Of a DNA stretch of 64,000 nucleotides, positions 1-8,676 are shown in pieces (within the stretch, counting starts at the first letter, position 1; each line of letters starts with the position of its first letter). The translations under genes were made by a program, and so were the position numbers. The stretch lies in sequence record OR995200.1; one strand, 5' to 3'. The stretch is from Escherichia phage JY01. The notes beneath the pieces were generated by a model. The model saw only the letters and a program-made list of their open reading frames with translations, ran no database searches and had not been told where the DNA came from.

Positions 1-1
1 T

Positions 2-424
2 GAATCTGTCGCCCTGGAACAACTCCAGATAGTTCATATATCATCTGAGGCAGACTTTAGTGCGGTGTATTCTTTCCGCCCTAAAAACTTAAACTATTTT
101 GTTGATATTATAGCATATGAAGGAAAATTACCTTCAACAATAAGTGAAAAATCACTTGGAGGATATCCTGTTGATAAAACTATGGATGAATATGCAGTTC
201 ATTTAAATGGACGTCATTATTATTCCAACTCAAAATTTGCTTTTTTACCAACTAAAAAGCCTACTCCCGAAATAAACTACATGTACAGTTGTCCATATTT
301 TAATTTGGATAATATCTATGCTGGAACGATAACCATGTACTGGTATAGAAATGATCATATAAGTAATGACCGCCTTGAATCAATATGTGCTCAGGCGGCC
401 AGAATATTAGGAAGGGCTAAATAA
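2..424 (+). CDS. t: Holin T, C-terminal part (5' end lies outside the window)
   Basis: Frame is open from the window edge. Translation ...ESVALEQLQIVHISSEADFSAVYSFRPKNL...AQAARILGRAK matches the recalled T4 holin periplasmic domain. Only plus-strand gene at this end. Confidence 0.8.
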   Translation, partial: ESVALEQLQIVHISSEADFSAVYSFRPKNLNYFVDIIAYEGKLPSTISEKSLGGYPVDKTMDEYAVHLNGRHYYSNSKFAFLPTKKPTPEINYMYSCPYFNLDNIYAGTITMYWYRNDHISNDRLESICAQAARILGRAK

Positions 425-697
425 TTATTTGTTCGTATACATCTCTAGATATCGATATACACCCTCAAAACCCTCGTTGAATTCGTCGATGAGGGTTTTC
501 TTATCTTCTTGAGTTAATTCAGAAACAATTTTACGGAATGAATTCTGATTTAATTTTCTACCTTCATGCGTTACTCCAATCTCATTCAGAAATGCAATAA
601 AATTAGCACGATTTTCAACAATATCTTCTCTGGAAAATTTAATCAAAATAGACGCAACAGTAATAATTTCACGAACTGTATCAATGTTTTTATTCAT
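425..697 (-). CDS. asiA: Anti-sigma70 factor AsiA
   Basis: 90 aa, MNKNIDTVREIITVASILIKFSREDIV...YLEMYTNK, matches recalled T4 AsiA. ATG start. Confidence 0.85.
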   Translation of the reverse strand: MNKNIDTVREIITVASILIKFSREDIVENRANFIAFLNEIGVTHEGRKLNQNSFRKIVSELTQEDKKTLIDEFNEGFEGVYRYLEMYTNK

Positions 698-709
698 TAA
701 CTATACCAC

Positions 710-862
710 TCAATTAGTTGACTTTGTTATAATATCATCAGACGCTTGATTTGTAAACTGGTCTGTGTTATTTTCTTCAAAAATTTTTTCTACGAATTCC
801 TTGAACGACTCGCGTTCCTGAGCTGCATTATGCTCGATTACCTTTTCAAGATTATGACTCAT
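710..862 (-). CDS. Small acidic hypothetical protein (about 50 aa, not in ORF track)
   Basis: Manual translation MSHNLEKVIEHNAAQERESFKEFVEKIFEENNTDQF... ATG overlaps the arn stop (ATGA). Weak Shine-Dalgarno. Confidence 0.3.
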   Translation of the reverse strand: MSHNLEKVIEHNAAQERESFKEFVEKIFEENNTDQFTNQASDDIITKSTN

Positions 863-1137
863 TCGAAATAATCTTCAATTTCGTAATCATGGACGTAAAT
901 CATTATAGTTTTTAATACATCATCAATACTTTTTCCTGGAGCTGGAATTACGTAAAAATATCCTGCTTTTGAGAGGTCTTTATAAGTTCCAACCAAGAAA
1001 TCATTATTCTCGAGATGTAATTCTTCAACTAATTCATTAACAATTGAGTGGTATAAATTTGGTAGAAACTTATACAGCTTTTCTAGAATATCAATTTTGA
1101 TTGTGTATTGAACCACAGACTGAGAATCAATAATCAT
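859..1137 (-). CDS. arn: Anti-restriction nuclease Arn (McrBC inhibitor) candidate
   Basis: 92 aa, same length as T4 Arn, at the asiA-motA position. Acidic protein. Assignment by length and synteny only. Confidence 0.55.
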   Translation of the reverse strand: MIIDSQSVVQYTIKIDILEKLYKFLPNLYHSIVNELVEELHLENNDFLVGTYKDLSKAGYFYVIPAPGKSIDDVLKTIMIYVHDYEIEDYFE

Positions 1138-1220
1138 AGACCTTCCCCTTATGTTTCTGTTTGCGATTAGATTCTTTAAACGCTTTCTTCTTATCCTTAT
1201 GAACAGAAGCTTTATTAAAA

Positions 1221-1439
1221 TTATGTTTTGCGACTAAATTGTTCATAATGCTGAATTACCTCTCTTAAACATTTGCATGTGAATGAGAACTTTTTAGCTA
1301 CACCACATTCAAATATATGTTCTCTTAAATCACGTGTATCAGTATATCCCATCTCAACAATAAAATGCCTTATTAGATTTTTATCTTTATCATTGAGAGA
1401 ATTAAAATAATCAGATTTTGAATTAATTTCCCTGGCCAA
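1221..1439 (-). CDS. Hypothetical protein (arn-motA intergenic block)
   Basis: 72-aa ORF with 2 CxxC-like Cys pairs. Synteny with T4 arn.x ORFs. Confidence 0.4.
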   Translation of the reverse strand: MAREINSKSDYFNSLNDKDKNLIRHFIVEMGYTDTRDLREHIFECGVAKKFSFTCKCLREVIQHYEQFSRKT

Positions 1440-1719
1440 ATTGAATCACCTTCAGTTGACGTTTTAATTCTTTTATCATTTCTTCGTTCATCGCAATATA
1501 AAGATCGCGTAAAGCAGGTTTTAGCATTCCATTTACCGGAGAACTAAATGGGCATACATAATCTTTTCCTACAAGCTTTTTGGTAAATTCCATATCACAA
1601 AATTTAAATGCTGGCTCATTCGCATAAATTCCCCAATTAGTTGACATCATTTTATTGGCATATTCCAGTGCCTGAATTTGATTCATAATTCCATCGATTT
1701 GAAACTTTTTAATATTCAT
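1423..1719 (-). CDS. Hypothetical protein
   Basis: 98-aa ORF packed head-to-tail with neighbours. Confidence 0.4.
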   Translation of the reverse strand: MNIKKFQIDGIMNQIQALEYANKMMSTNWGIYANEPAFKFCDMEFTKKLVGKDYVCPFSSPVNGMLKPALRDLYIAMNEEMIKELKRQLKVIQFGQGN

Positions 1720-2180
1720 TAGTAAAGGTCCTCAGAGTAAAGTTCTTTTTCACTACCACCACGTTCAATACGTACTTGTCCAGCGTAAGTTGCAATAATC
1801 ATTGCTTCTTCACGTGTCCAATAATTACTATATTGGTCAATAAACCCTTGGTCATCATCACAAACTTGTTGAGTAACTAATTGAGGTTTAACTACATCTA
1901 AAACTTCGGCCATATCTTTAGAATAATGACGAGCACCTGGAATAATAAGAGTTCGTCCATCTTTTAATTTAAAACGGTTGGCCGCGCAGACAATTCGTCG
2001 TTGATACTTTTGGTTTTCATCCCAATATGCAGTCTGCCAACATATTTCAGGAACTTCTTTTAGAATATCTTCTTCTGTGCATTTATAACCATGCGCTTTA
2101 AATTTTTCAGCAAGACTTTCTGGAGTTTCACGAGATAAAGGAACATTCAGCATTTTTAAACGATTGATAAATGGGTTCAT
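1719..2180 (-). CDS. Hypothetical protein
   Basis: 153-aa ORF. Its stop overlaps the next start. Confidence 0.45.
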   Translation of the reverse strand: MNPFINRLKMLNVPLSRETPESLAEKFKAHGYKCTEEDILKEVPEICWQTAYWDENQKYQRRIVCAANRFKLKDGRTLIIPGARHYSKDMAEVLDVVKPQLVTQQVCDDDQGFIDQYSNYWTREEAMIIATYAGQVRIERGGSEKELYSEDLY

Positions 2181-2506
2181 TTAAACCATCCTTTAATACG
2201 TTGCCACAAAGTTTTCTGTTGAGCTTTGTTAACACCAATTGAGCGAATAACTGGTTGAGATTCCTGGAATTCTTTATAATCGGCAAGGTAAATTTCGTAA
2301 GCTGCATCTGTAAAGGAACTTATCGCTGCCATGAAATTATTGCGAATACCTACTGGAGCATCTTTACTTTCACGAATAATCATGTATTTACCAGTCTTAA
2401 TCTTTACAATAGTTCCAAGATAAGCTCCATGGTACCAAATATCCCAACCCTCTTGAGTAGGTTCTGCACAACGACGAAGTTCATTGATAATTTCTAACTT
2501 GTTCAT
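2177..2506 (-). CDS. Hypothetical protein
   Basis: 109-aa ORF directly downstream of motA in the same operon. Confidence 0.45.
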   Translation of the reverse strand: MNKLEIINELRRCAEPTQEGWDIWYHGAYLGTIVKIKTGKYMIIRESKDAPVGIRNNFMAAISSFTDAAYEIYLADYKEFQESQPVIRSIGVNKAQQKTLWQRIKGWFK

Positions 2507-2516
2507 TATTTATTCC

Positions 2517-3152
2517 TCACAGTTCAGATGCTACAGTGATTACTGCTTCAATGTTTTCTTCCGAGCGTTTAATGTCAAGATACACATTACCGTTTTTAGC
2601 GATTTTACATGACATTCCGATATCAGTAAATTTCTGAATATGATGTTCCATCATTTTGTATCCAAAAATTCGCATATTTCCATTGTTGTTAATTTCAAAA
2701 TTACGAATTCCGTGAGTGCGTTTTTCTAAAATAGCGAGATAGTTACTACGATAAGTTTCGACCTTTTTAAGAACAAATCCATTTTCATCTAAAAGTTTTA
2801 ACATGAGGTCTTTATCTTCTTCCATATCAGAAGTAATCTCACGAGCTTTACGAGTTGCTCGTTTTTTCAGTAGTTCCGGAGCATTTTCCTGTGCGTATAA
2901 AGTTGCTGCATTTGAAATAATATCCTGAGCTTCACCAGTAATGATTAATCCATCACCTGATTTCTCCACCAGGCCTTTTTTAATCAACACCCCAATATTA
3001 CTATTAACTACTGCGTTACCTAAATCTGGATGCACCTCACGAACTTCTGCAGCTGTAATGAAATCTTTCTTAGCAATAGTAATTAAAATCGCAGCAGTTT
3101 TTTCATTCAGAACATCGTTAGAAGCTTTGATGATGTAAGTTACTTTAGACAT
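2517..3152 (-). CDS. motA: Middle transcription activator MotA
   Basis: 211 aa, MSKVTYIIKASNDVLNEKTAAILITIAKKDF..., matches recalled T4 MotA in length and sequence. Confidence 0.85.
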   Translation of the reverse strand: MSKVTYIIKASNDVLNEKTAAILITIAKKDFITAAEVREVHPDLGNAVVNSNIGVLIKKGLVEKSGDGLIITGEAQDIISNAATLYAQENAPELLKKRATRKAREITSDMEEDKDLMLKLLDENGFVLKKVETYRSNYLAILEKRTHGIRNFEINNNGNMRIFGYKMMEHHIQKFTDIGMSCKIAKNGNVYLDIKRSEENIEAVITVASEL

Positions 3153-3189
3153 TTTCTAATCTCCGTAATTCTGTATCAGTAGTTGATAG

Positions 3190-3225
3190 TTGTATAGTAC
3201 CACAGTATGCTTTGGTTGTAAACCG
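3190..3225 (-). promoter_or_regulatory. Early promoter cassette for motA
   Basis: Minus strand reads GTTTAC, 17-18 nt spacer, TGGTACTATA, then the conserved leader CAACTATCAACTACTGATACAG and a GGAG Shine-Dalgarno. Confidence 0.55.
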
Positions 3226-3247
3226 TTTTGTGAAAAAAATTTTTGAA

Positions 3248-3278
3248 ATAAAAAAAGGGAGAGCCGAGGCTCTCCCTA
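3248..3278 (-). terminator. Rho-independent terminator
   Basis: GGGAGAGCC-GAGG-GGCTCTCCC hairpin followed by T8 on the minus strand. Confidence 0.65.
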
Positions 3279-3282
3279 AAAA

Positions 3283-3432
3283 TTACTGCATGACTGTGAT
3301 AACTGTCATGATAACACGTTGAATGCCGAACGCAAGAAGACCTCCTGCTACGGCTGGAACAACACCTAAACCCGCCAGTAAAATGCTACCGGATACTAAT
3401 GCAGCGCTTGTAATACCTATGAATGGACTCAT
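3283..3432 (-). CDS. Small hydrophobic protein (about 49 aa, not in ORF track)
   Basis: MSPFIGITSAALVSGSILLAGLGVVPAVAGG... AGAGGA Shine-Dalgarno. ATG overlaps the gene 52 stop. Confidence 0.35.
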   Translation of the reverse strand: MSPFIGITSAALVSGSILLAGLGVVPAVAGGLLAFGIQRVIMTVITVMQ

Positions 3433-4757
3433 TTGATTTCCTCTAAATCTTTAGTGTATTCGGTAACTACATTAGTAGTTTTCCAATATTCGTTTTCTTC
3501 TTTCTTAGCTTTAGCTTCTTCAGCAAGTTTCTTTGCTTCGTCGGAAGTCATATGAAAAATATTCATTCCAACTAGTTTATCAACATAAGAAGAATACATA
3601 TCGATTTTCGAAAGTTCTTCGGTCAGTTCTTTGCGAGTTTTACCCTGCACAACGATTTCACCTGAAATTACTTTCTTAATGAAATGTGCCTTGGCAAAGG
3701 CTAAACGAAAAGCTGACTCAGTTTCTTTGATTTTGTTATCAATTCGTTTTTTGACATAAGTTTTACGAACTTCAACAAAGTCTTTAATTAAATCGACTAC
3801 GTTATCGTAAACTTGTAGTTTTCCTTTCTCATTAATAACCGTAATATTCTGAGAACGGCGCTCAATTAACCCAAAGTCTTTCATAATTTTTGCATGGCGT
3901 TCTTCTTCATTATCGCTCAAAGAATATTCTTTACGGAATTTAACTTTAAAGCCAAAACCATGCTCACCACAAGCATCATCCCATGTAATGAAGCCTTTAT
4001 CTTCAAGTGGGTCTAAGATTTTACTCACATAAGTTTCACGATCATACTTATACGGAATCTCAGTGATATGCATTTGAGTTCGTGAAGTAAACTTATATGT
4101 TCCACGAATTTCATATTGCCCATCAATCTCAACGACTTCACCACGAAATTCTGGGAATTCTACCTTCGGTTTAGTTACTTTCTTTCCTTGAAGAGCTTGT
4201 AATACAGCTTTCTTAACAGAAGAAACGCTATGAGGAAGAATGTAAGTTGCATAACCAGTTGCAATACCGGAAACGCCATTAAGAAGAACAGTAGGAATAA
4301 TAGGCAAATAGAAAGCAGGCGGAATGTGTTCTTTATCTTGATGTACCGGAGCATATTCAGTATCTTTATATACGTTATAGAAATTTTTACTTACACGAGC
4401 AAAAATATAACGACTTGCTGCTGCTTTTTGGACGGTACGAGAACCAAAGTTTCCTTGACCATCTAACAAAGGAAAGTTATTATTCCAAGTGTTAGCCATC
4501 AAAGCCCCCGCATCTTGTGCAGAGTTTTCACCATGATGATATCCAAGGTCAGCTACACCACCTGCAATAGAAGCAAGTTTGTGAAACTTATCTTTATTTC
4601 CTCGTGCTAAATCAAGGGCTCGAGCAATAACAAATCGTTGGACTGGCTTAAATCCGTCAATCATATTTGGAATGGCACGATTTTCAACCGTGTACATAGC
4701 ATAAGCCAATGCTTCATTATCAATGATACTTTTTAAATCGCGATTATTCAGTTGCAT
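3429..4757 (-). CDS. 52: DNA topoisomerase II medium subunit (GyrA-like)
   Basis: 442 aa as in T4 gp52. GyrA-type N-terminus. ATG start. Confidence 0.9.
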   Translation of the reverse strand: MQLNNRDLKSIIDNEALAYAMYTVENRAIPNMIDGFKPVQRFVIARALDLARGNKDKFHKLASIAGGVADLGYHHGENSAQDAGALMANTWNNNFPLLDGQGNFGSRTVQKAAASRYIFARVSKNFYNVYKDTEYAPVHQDKEHIPPAFYLPIIPTVLLNGVSGIATGYATYILPHSVSSVKKAVLQALQGKKVTKPKVEFPEFRGEVVEIDGQYEIRGTYKFTSRTQMHITEIPYKYDRETYVSKILDPLEDKGFITWDDACGEHGFGFKVKFRKEYSLSDNEEERHAKIMKDFGLIERRSQNITVINEKGKLQVYDNVVDLIKDFVEVRKTYVKKRIDNKIKETESAFRLAFAKAHFIKKVISGEIVVQGKTRKELTEELSKIDMYSSYVDKLVGMNIFHMTSDEAKKLAEEAKAKKEENEYWKTTNVVTEYTKDLEEIK

Positions 4758-4761
4758 AAAT

Positions 4762-4908
4762 TTACCATACTAGTGAATGTAGTGCCATAATAACATCAGA
4801 AATGAAAAGCACGACTTGAATTAATCCGAACATTACTCCATAATATAGTGCTACTAATAAAGTAGCAAGGGCTAATGAATAGCCCAAGATTTTCTTAATC
4901 ATTTTCAT
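4762..4908 (-). CDS. Small hydrophobic protein (about 48 aa, not in ORF track)
   Basis: MKMIKKILGYSLALATLLVALYYG... Start overlaps the 3' end of the ac-like ORF. Weak Shine-Dalgarno. Confidence 0.25.
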   Translation of the reverse strand: MKMIKKILGYSLALATLLVALYYGVMFGLIQVVLFISDVIMALHSLVW

Positions 4909-5047
4909 TTAATAGCCAAAACAATGATAAAATTGCTAATACGCCTTGAGCTGTTGCTTGTAAAAATACTGAAGTTTCTCCAGTTATTACTGTTCCGGCG
5001 AATAAAAAGGACCAGCAGAAAAAGGCTATACCATAAACAAATTTCAT
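4895..5047 (-). CDS. Small membrane protein at the ac position (about 50 aa, not in ORF track)
   Basis: MKFVYGIAFFCWSFLFAGTVITGETSVFLQ... Strong GAGGA Shine-Dalgarno. Lies between stp and gene 52 as T4 ac does. Confidence 0.4.
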   Translation of the reverse strand: MKFVYGIAFFCWSFLFAGTVITGETSVFLQATAQGVLAILSLFWLLNEND

Positions 5048-5054
5048 ATTTTCC

Positions 5055-5135
5055 TCACTGGCGTCCGAAGACGCCTTTAGTTTTAAAATTATTACGATAG
5101 AACTGCATCACATGTTCGTTATGGAAATTACTCAT
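5055..5135 (-). CDS. stp: Stp peptide (activator of the host PrrC anticodon nuclease)
   Basis: 26-aa [29 protein letters not shown], near-identical to recalled T4 Stp. ATG overlaps the ndd stop (TAATG). Below the ORF-track length cutoff. Confidence 0.6.
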   Translation of the reverse strand: MSNFHNEHVMQFYRNNFKTKGVFGRQ

Positions 5136-5593
5136 TAATATGCCTGCAAAACGAATTTAAAGTTATCAGCCAACATACGGTTCATTTCTTCAAGTGTTTG
5201 ATACTCAGAATGATGATTACGAGTAAACGCTAAAGCTAACTGTCCTTTTCCAAATCCCGTCGTCAGAGGTTTCATCTTAGAAGCAGGCAGATAAAACACT
5301 GTGTATGGAACATTGTTATTTGCAATAGTACGTGCAAGCTGAGACCGACGTTGACGAATATGACTTAGAACTGCACTGAATCCTTGCTTAGAACGCTGAT
5401 TACCTACATAAAATCGTGCTGACACACATGGATTACTAAATGGACGACCATCTAATTTACTTACTAAAAAGTAAAATCCAGGTTTAGATAAAATATCTTT
5501 ATGCGGAGTTCCCAAAAACCACTCACCACCCTTGATTGTACCAATAACAGTAGCACCTGCATCATTCAGATCAGTAACAGTCATATATTTCAT
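5135..5593 (-). CDS. ndd: Nucleoid disruption protein Ndd candidate
   Basis: The track ORF starts at an upstream GTG. The ATG with AGAGGA Shine-Dalgarno gives about 152 aa ([13 protein letters not shown]...), the length and position of T4 Ndd. Confidence 0.55.
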   Translation of the reverse strand: MKYMTVTDLNDAGATVIGTIKGGEWFLGTPHKDILSKPGFYFLVSKLDGRPFSNPCVSARFYVGNQRSKQGFSAVLSHIRQRRSQLARTIANNNVPYTVFYLPASKMKPLTTGFGKGQLALAFTRNHHSEYQTLEEMNRMLADNFKFVLQAY

Positions 5594-5651
5594 ATTAATT
5601 TCCTCTAAATTATTTTCTACTCCAAGGCCGCATGAATACGCGGCCATTAAA

Positions 5652-5867
5652 TTAATCGTCGCAGTCGACACTCAATTCCCAAAACTCTTCTACGGTATAA
5701 GTTTCAGTATCATTTTCAATACAGAAACGTTCATTACTATTGTTTGCTAAAGTAGCGTTAACTGTCATTTTTTCGCTAGTGCTCTTAAGAGGTGAAATAC
5801 GAATTAACTGATCGCCGTTATCTAAACAAAAAATTTCACCAACTTTTAAATCTTTAAAGATTTTCAT
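5652..5867 (-). CDS. Hypothetical protein
   Basis: 71 aa, ATG with AGGTGA Shine-Dalgarno. ndd.x position. Confidence 0.45.
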   Translation of the reverse strand: MKIFKDLKVGEIFCLDNGDQLIRISPLKSTSEKMTVNATLANNSNERFCIENDTETYTVEEFWELSVDCDD

Positions 5868-5982
5868 AATTCACCTCAAGGAGTATAAAATCCGAATGCA
5901 GTTGTTGACCATCCCATCCAATATGGAAAATTTGCACCAATGTAAAACATAAGAATATAAAACCAACCGCTCAACAAATTCA

Positions 5983-6180
5983 TCATTTTACACCATTCCA
6001 AATTGTTTCAACCACAGATTTTAAACCATTTTGATGAATATCAATTCCGACTACTGTCATCAAATAGATTCCAACTACAACTGAACCTAAGACAAAAATC
6101 AGCATAAAAATGAATAAAGCCGGAAAAATATTATCGAAAAACCATTCAATAAATGTAAAAGCACTGCGTTTACGCTTCAT
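5983..6180 (-). CDS. Small membrane protein (65 aa)
   Basis: Track ORF trimmed to the ATG with GAGGA Shine-Dalgarno. MKRKRSAFTFIEWFFDNIFPALFIFMLIF... has one or two transmembrane segments. Confidence 0.45.
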   Translation of the reverse strand: MKRKRSAFTFIEWFFDNIFPALFIFMLIFVLGSVVVGIYLMTVVGIDIHQNGLKSVVETIWNGVK

Positions 6181-6187
6181 ATTTTCC

Positions 6188-6301
6188 TCACATAAATCCA
6201 AAGTAAACGTTTAATACATCAATCATTAAAACGATTGGGAATATACTCAAAACTATTAGTATTATAACTACATTCCATATAGCTTTAACAATCTTTTTCA
6301 T
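6188..6301 (-). CDS. Small membrane protein (37 aa)
   Basis: Track ORF (69 aa) reads through the promoter-leader cassette. The real start is ATG after the leader GGAGG: MKKIVKAIWNVVIILIVLSIFPIVLMIDVL... Confidence 0.35.
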   Translation of the reverse strand: MKKIVKAIWNVVIILIVLSIFPIVLMIDVLNVYFGFM

Positions 6302-6324
6302 TTTCTGTTCCTCCGTAGTTGATA

Positions 6325-6358
6325 GGGTAATAGTACCACGGAAGAACAGTCTTGTAAA
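6325..6358 (-). promoter_or_regulatory. Early promoter cassette
   Basis: GTTTAC, spacer, TGGTACTATTA, leader CAACTACGGAGGAACAGAAA-ATG (variant 2 of the repeated cassette). Confidence 0.5.
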
Positions 6359-6543
6359 CAACTTTTTAAAAATATTCGTAATAAATGTGAATACCAATCA
6401 CCACTGTTGAAACCTGTGCAACCCACCACGCACAAGCAATAAGTACAGAATTCAAAATTTTCATAATAACCTCATCACAAAAGTAAATGTTAAACAAATT
6501 AATGGAATACTAATTAACCAAACGAAACACCACCATAATGAAC

Positions 6544-6807
6544 TCATAGTTCAATCTCAGCAATTTTCATTTCATTACTATTAATAGCCGCTTTAAGACT
6601 ATCTGAAAGAATTACATCCCAGTGGTCATTCATATGACCATTAATTAAGCGTGTAATTTCTTCTGGAGTTGAAAAATAAGGCGTATCAGACTCCCAATGC
6701 GATAGTCCCAAGCGAGTATAAATCATACCTTCATCATCGCTAGAATATTCAACTGACACAAATTCATCAGTTATTTTATGTTTAGCGTAATAAAATTTAA
6801 ATTTCAT
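6544..6807 (-). CDS. Hypothetical protein (87 aa)
   Basis: Track ORF trimmed to the ATG following the conserved leader GGAGGAGCGGAAA. Confidence 0.5.
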   Translation of the reverse strand: MKFKFYYAKHKITDEFVSVEYSSDDEGMIYTRLGLSHWESDTPYFSTPEEITRLINGHMNDHWDVILSDSLKAAINSNEMKIAEIEL

Positions 6808-6833
6808 TTTCCGCTCCTCCGTAGTTGATAGTT

Positions 6834-6866
6834 GTATAGTACCACGGTCCTTGTGGTATGTAAACT
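6834..6866 (-). promoter_or_regulatory. Early promoter cassette
   Basis: GTTTACATACCACAAGGACCGTGGTACTATACAACTATCAACTACGGAGGAG on the minus strand. Confidence 0.5.
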
Positions 6867-6881
6867 GTTTTATGAAATTTT

Positions 6882-7439
6882 TTAAATAGAAAGATACCAT
6901 CCGTTGTAGTTGCTTTTTCTTACAACCTTACGAAGGTCTTCTCTATCACCGATGAATTTCGGAGTGTACTGGATGACACCTGGATGAATTTCTTTAGTGT
7001 TGAATATAATTATACAGTCAGCGACTTGATGATTTAGAATGGGCCCTAAATTTATTCCAGAACCATATGGATACTCTCCGCTGCATCCCGTTGTTACCGA
7101 AATCCAACGCGAGTCAGTTTGATGTGTTTTGACTTCTACACGAAGCCCGCAATATTTTGGATGCGCTAAAACATCCCATGCATACGTGTACGGATCATCG
7201 ACATTTTCTTGGCCTTTATTGACATATCCGCTTAGCCAATCTGCCACAAAAAACTCTGCGTACACCGCGATACGGCATCTTTCGATAACTTCTGCTTTAT
7301 CCTGGTTCGGGTTTTGTTTTAAAGAGTATCTTGCTGTATCAGCAATTTTGACCTTCATTTCACTAGTCAAGTCACTGTTCGATAGGGTAAATGTCGGAAT
7401 CTGAAATAGTCTCTGCAAACCCGGATTTGTTTTCTGCAT
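6882..7439 (-). CDS. denB: Endonuclease IV (DenB) candidate
   Basis: 185 aa, same length as T4 DenB, between rIIB and ndd. ATG start. Assignment by length and synteny. Confidence 0.5.
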   Translation of the reverse strand: MQKTNPGLQRLFQIPTFTLSNSDLTSEMKVKIADTARYSLKQNPNQDKAEVIERCRIAVYAEFFVADWLSGYVNKGQENVDDPYTYAWDVLAHPKYCGLRVEVKTHQTDSRWISVTTGCSGEYPYGSGINLGPILNHQVADCIIIFNTKEIHPGVIQYTPKFIGDREDLRKVVRKSNYNGWYLSI

Positions 7440-7480
7440 TTAAACTTTCCTTTATGTCGGAATCATAATTTCTCTTAAAA

Positions 7481-7497
7481 CAAAAGGGCCGAAGCCC
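7481..7497 (-). terminator. GGGC-UUCG-GCCC hairpin, bidirectional terminator-like
   Basis: GGGCCGAAGCCCC stem-loop flanked by T-runs on both strands, between the 64-aa ORF and denB. Confidence 0.5.
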
Positions 7498-7503
7498 CTT
7501 ATT

Positions 7504-7698
7504 TTATTTGAATTGTGCAATTCTTTTTTCTAAACACTCTGCGTAAGATTTCATTGAGATGAACTGTGAAAGTAGAAGTTCTTGCTCAACTGCACTAACT
7601 GTTAGAAACTTTGTGCTTTCTAAAAATTTGCTCAGTGCATTAATTTTGAGCATTAATTGATCGTATTCTTCTTTTACTCGTGCTTGATAACCTAACAT
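7504..7698 (-). CDS. Hypothetical protein (64 aa)
   Basis: ORF between rIIB and denB. Predicted helical. Confidence 0.4.
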   Translation of the reverse strand: MLGYQARVKEEYDQLMLKINALSKFLESTKFLTVSAVEQELLLSQFISMKSYAECLEKRIAQFK

Positions 7699-7707
7699 AA
7701 TTTTCCT

Positions 7708-7722
7708 TAGTTAAGGGCCGAA
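7708..7722 (-). other. UUCG-tetraloop RNA hairpin
   Basis: GGGCCGAAGCCC immediately 3' of the rIIB stop. No T-run on the minus strand. Confidence 0.4.
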
Positions 7723-7726
7723 GCCC

Positions 7727-8665
7727 TTATTTAAATTGTTCAGTAACGTCTTCAACTACTTCGTATTGGCAGGTACGCATTTTAGCGTCGTTGTAATCAA
7801 TCGGAATTGATACTACATCACGTGGATGTACTTTAACTTTTACAACTCGGCTGGTTGAACTGCCAAAGTGACGAATATAAGATTTAGAACACACATGCAG
7901 ACCACGAGAACAAGTTTGTGTATCATCATCATTCACACGAGTACGTGGCATTTTAACTACTTTACCCGGACTGTTATCAAAGGTGTTTGAGTGACAGTCA
8001 AAGTAGTTGTCACGAACTACTTTCCAAGCATAGAAGTAACCATCTTCGGTGATTTCAATATCGTTTGCTACCAAGAAATCAAAGAGTCGAGATACCGCTT
8101 TTTGGCTTGGGTTTTCCAGCAGATTTTCCAAGAACGGAAAATAAAATTCAAAGTTTTCGCCTTTTTCCATCGAGTCAAGAATACGATCAACCAAACCAGA
8201 CCGCAATTCAATATTTTGATAGAACAAGCTTCCACCTTCAATTCGAACATCACCGGAAATATATTTTTCAACAGCGCGACGAACATTAATTTTTTGTGCC
8301 GCTTCTTCCAACTTATCTGCTACAAGCAGATTAAGAATTTCCTGGAAGTTTGAATGAGTATTAGGAGTTGCGTTATAAGTTACACCGTCAACAGTAATTG
8401 AAATGAATTTTTTAGAAGCATTCCAAATAATATCAGATTTAGCAACTGGAGCAATAGCTACATCGCTATTAACTTTAACTGTAATATCACCGCTAATAGT
8501 AACTTTAGGGCGTTTAGCTTCTTCAGCATTTTTCAAAACACGACGGATTGTGTCAACCGATACATCCTTCCAATAAGCTAATTCCTGCTGAGTGTAATTA
8601 CCGCTTGAATACAATTTAACAATTTCAGCTTGTTCGTTTTTGGTCAGGCATTTAATATTGTACAT
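7727..8665 (-). CDS. rIIB: rIIB protein
   Basis: 312 aa as in T4 rIIB. Directly downstream of rIIA. Confidence 0.85.
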   Translation of the reverse strand: MYNIKCLTKNEQAEIVKLYSSGNYTQQELAYWKDVSVDTIRRVLKNAEEAKRPKVTISGDITVKVNSDVAIAPVAKSDIIWNASKKFISITVDGVTYNATPNTHSNFQEILNLLVADKLEEAAQKINVRRAVEKYISGDVRIEGGSLFYQNIELRSGLVDRILDSMEKGENFEFYFPFLENLLENPSQKAVSRLFDFLVANDIEITEDGYFYAWKVVRDNYFDCHSNTFDNSPGKVVKMPRTRVNDDDTQTCSRGLHVCSKSYIRHFGSSTSRVVKVKVHPRDVVSIPIDYNDAKMRTCQYEVVEDVTEQFK

Positions 8666-8676
8666 AATTTTCCTTA

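Noticed and set aside
2255-2497. Plus-strand ORFs in the track that lie antisense inside minus-strand genes (examples: 2255-2497, 2941-3138, 4230-4466, 7129-7404, 7991-8353, 12873-13439, 34622-34828, 41719-42102, 54003-54332)
   Set aside because: Each lies within a well-supported minus-strand gene, lacks a Shine-Dalgarno, and has low-complexity AT-rich codon composition. These are antisense artefacts.
6302-6397. N-terminal extensions of track ORFs reading MENKM... or ...GTIQLSTTEEQK...
   Set aside because: These are translations of the conserved promoter-leader cassette from upstream TTG/GTG codons. The real starts are the ATG after the leader Shine-Dalgarno.
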